Source of the DNA: a virus
Reading direction: 5' to 3' (one strand)
Length of the DNA: 64,000 bases
Virus record (IMG/VR): IMGVR_UViG_3300030116_004830
Span: 23,651 to 87,650 of that record
In this document: positions 63,728 to 64,000 of the stretch, piece by piece
Position numbering within the stretch: position 1 is the first letter of the stretch
Layout of the letters: each line of letters begins with the position of its first letter
Notes under the pieces: generated by a model
Databases searched by the model: none
The model's input: the letters and a program-made list of their open reading frames with translations, nothing else
Told to the model about the DNA's origin: nothing
Position numbers and translations under genes: made by a program

Positions 63728-64000
63728 ATGAATAAAGCCAGTGAAATAATGAGTGAAATTACAGTGCATATGAAATACGCTAGGTATCTTTCTACATTAA
63801 ACAGGAGAGAAACTTGGGATGAGTTAGTATCTAGAAACTACAATATGCATCTTGAAAAGATAAACAATTTAGATACTGACGATACTGATAAAAAGGCATT
63901 GAAAGGATTGTTACATGATTCGTATGAATATGTCTTTGCTAAGAAGGTATTACCATCAATGAGAAGTTTACAGTTTGCGGGTAAACCTATTGCTCTTAGC
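63728..64000 (+). CDS. nrdJ: Class II (B12-dependent) ribonucleotide reductase, N-terminal part (truncated by the window)
   Basis: Read manually: MNKASEIMSEITVHMKYARY...RRETWDELVSR...KKVLPSMRSLQFAG. Confidence 0.8.
   Translation, partial: MNKASEIMSEITVHMKYARYLSTLNRRETWDELVSRNYNMHLEKINNLDTDDTDKKALKGLLHDSYEYVFAKKVLPSMRSLQFAGKPIALS

Overview
AT-rich segment of a large tailed dsDNA virus (HK97-fold capsid, siphovirus-like tail) with an archaeal host. GGTGA/GAGGTGA ribosome-binding sites, TATA-like promoters with leaderless starts, a non-halophilic proteome and the gene order best fit a magrovirus-like virus of marine Poseidoniales; this assignment is inference from recalled family features. Positions 1-53127 (minus strand) are the morphogenesis module, read in transcription order: HMG-CoA lyase, probable TerS, large internal proteins, many small proteins sharing an N-terminal M-x-W-x-[DE]-[IVL]-[LIV]-K tag, TerL, a LAGLIDADG protein, portal, DNA ligase, protease/scaffold, MCP, an Arf-like small GTPase with membrane proteins, neck, tail tube, frameshifted chaperone, tape measure, a 3543-aa tail-tip protein and a tail fibre. 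Positions 58663-64000 (plus strand) carry early/metabolic genes: a DenV-like glycosylase, tRNA-Arg(TCT), a ubiquitin-like protein and the start of a class II RNR. The most striking feature lies between the two arms (53240-57992). Eleven copies of the palindrome (A)CCATATGGT divide the DNA into 7 self-contained cassettes (promoter, genes or ncRNA, terminal hairpin) and 3 gene-free spacers. Each unit has its own matched inverted ends and units occur in mixed orientation. This looks like an undescribed integron/shufflon-like cassette system; no recombinase is visible in the window.
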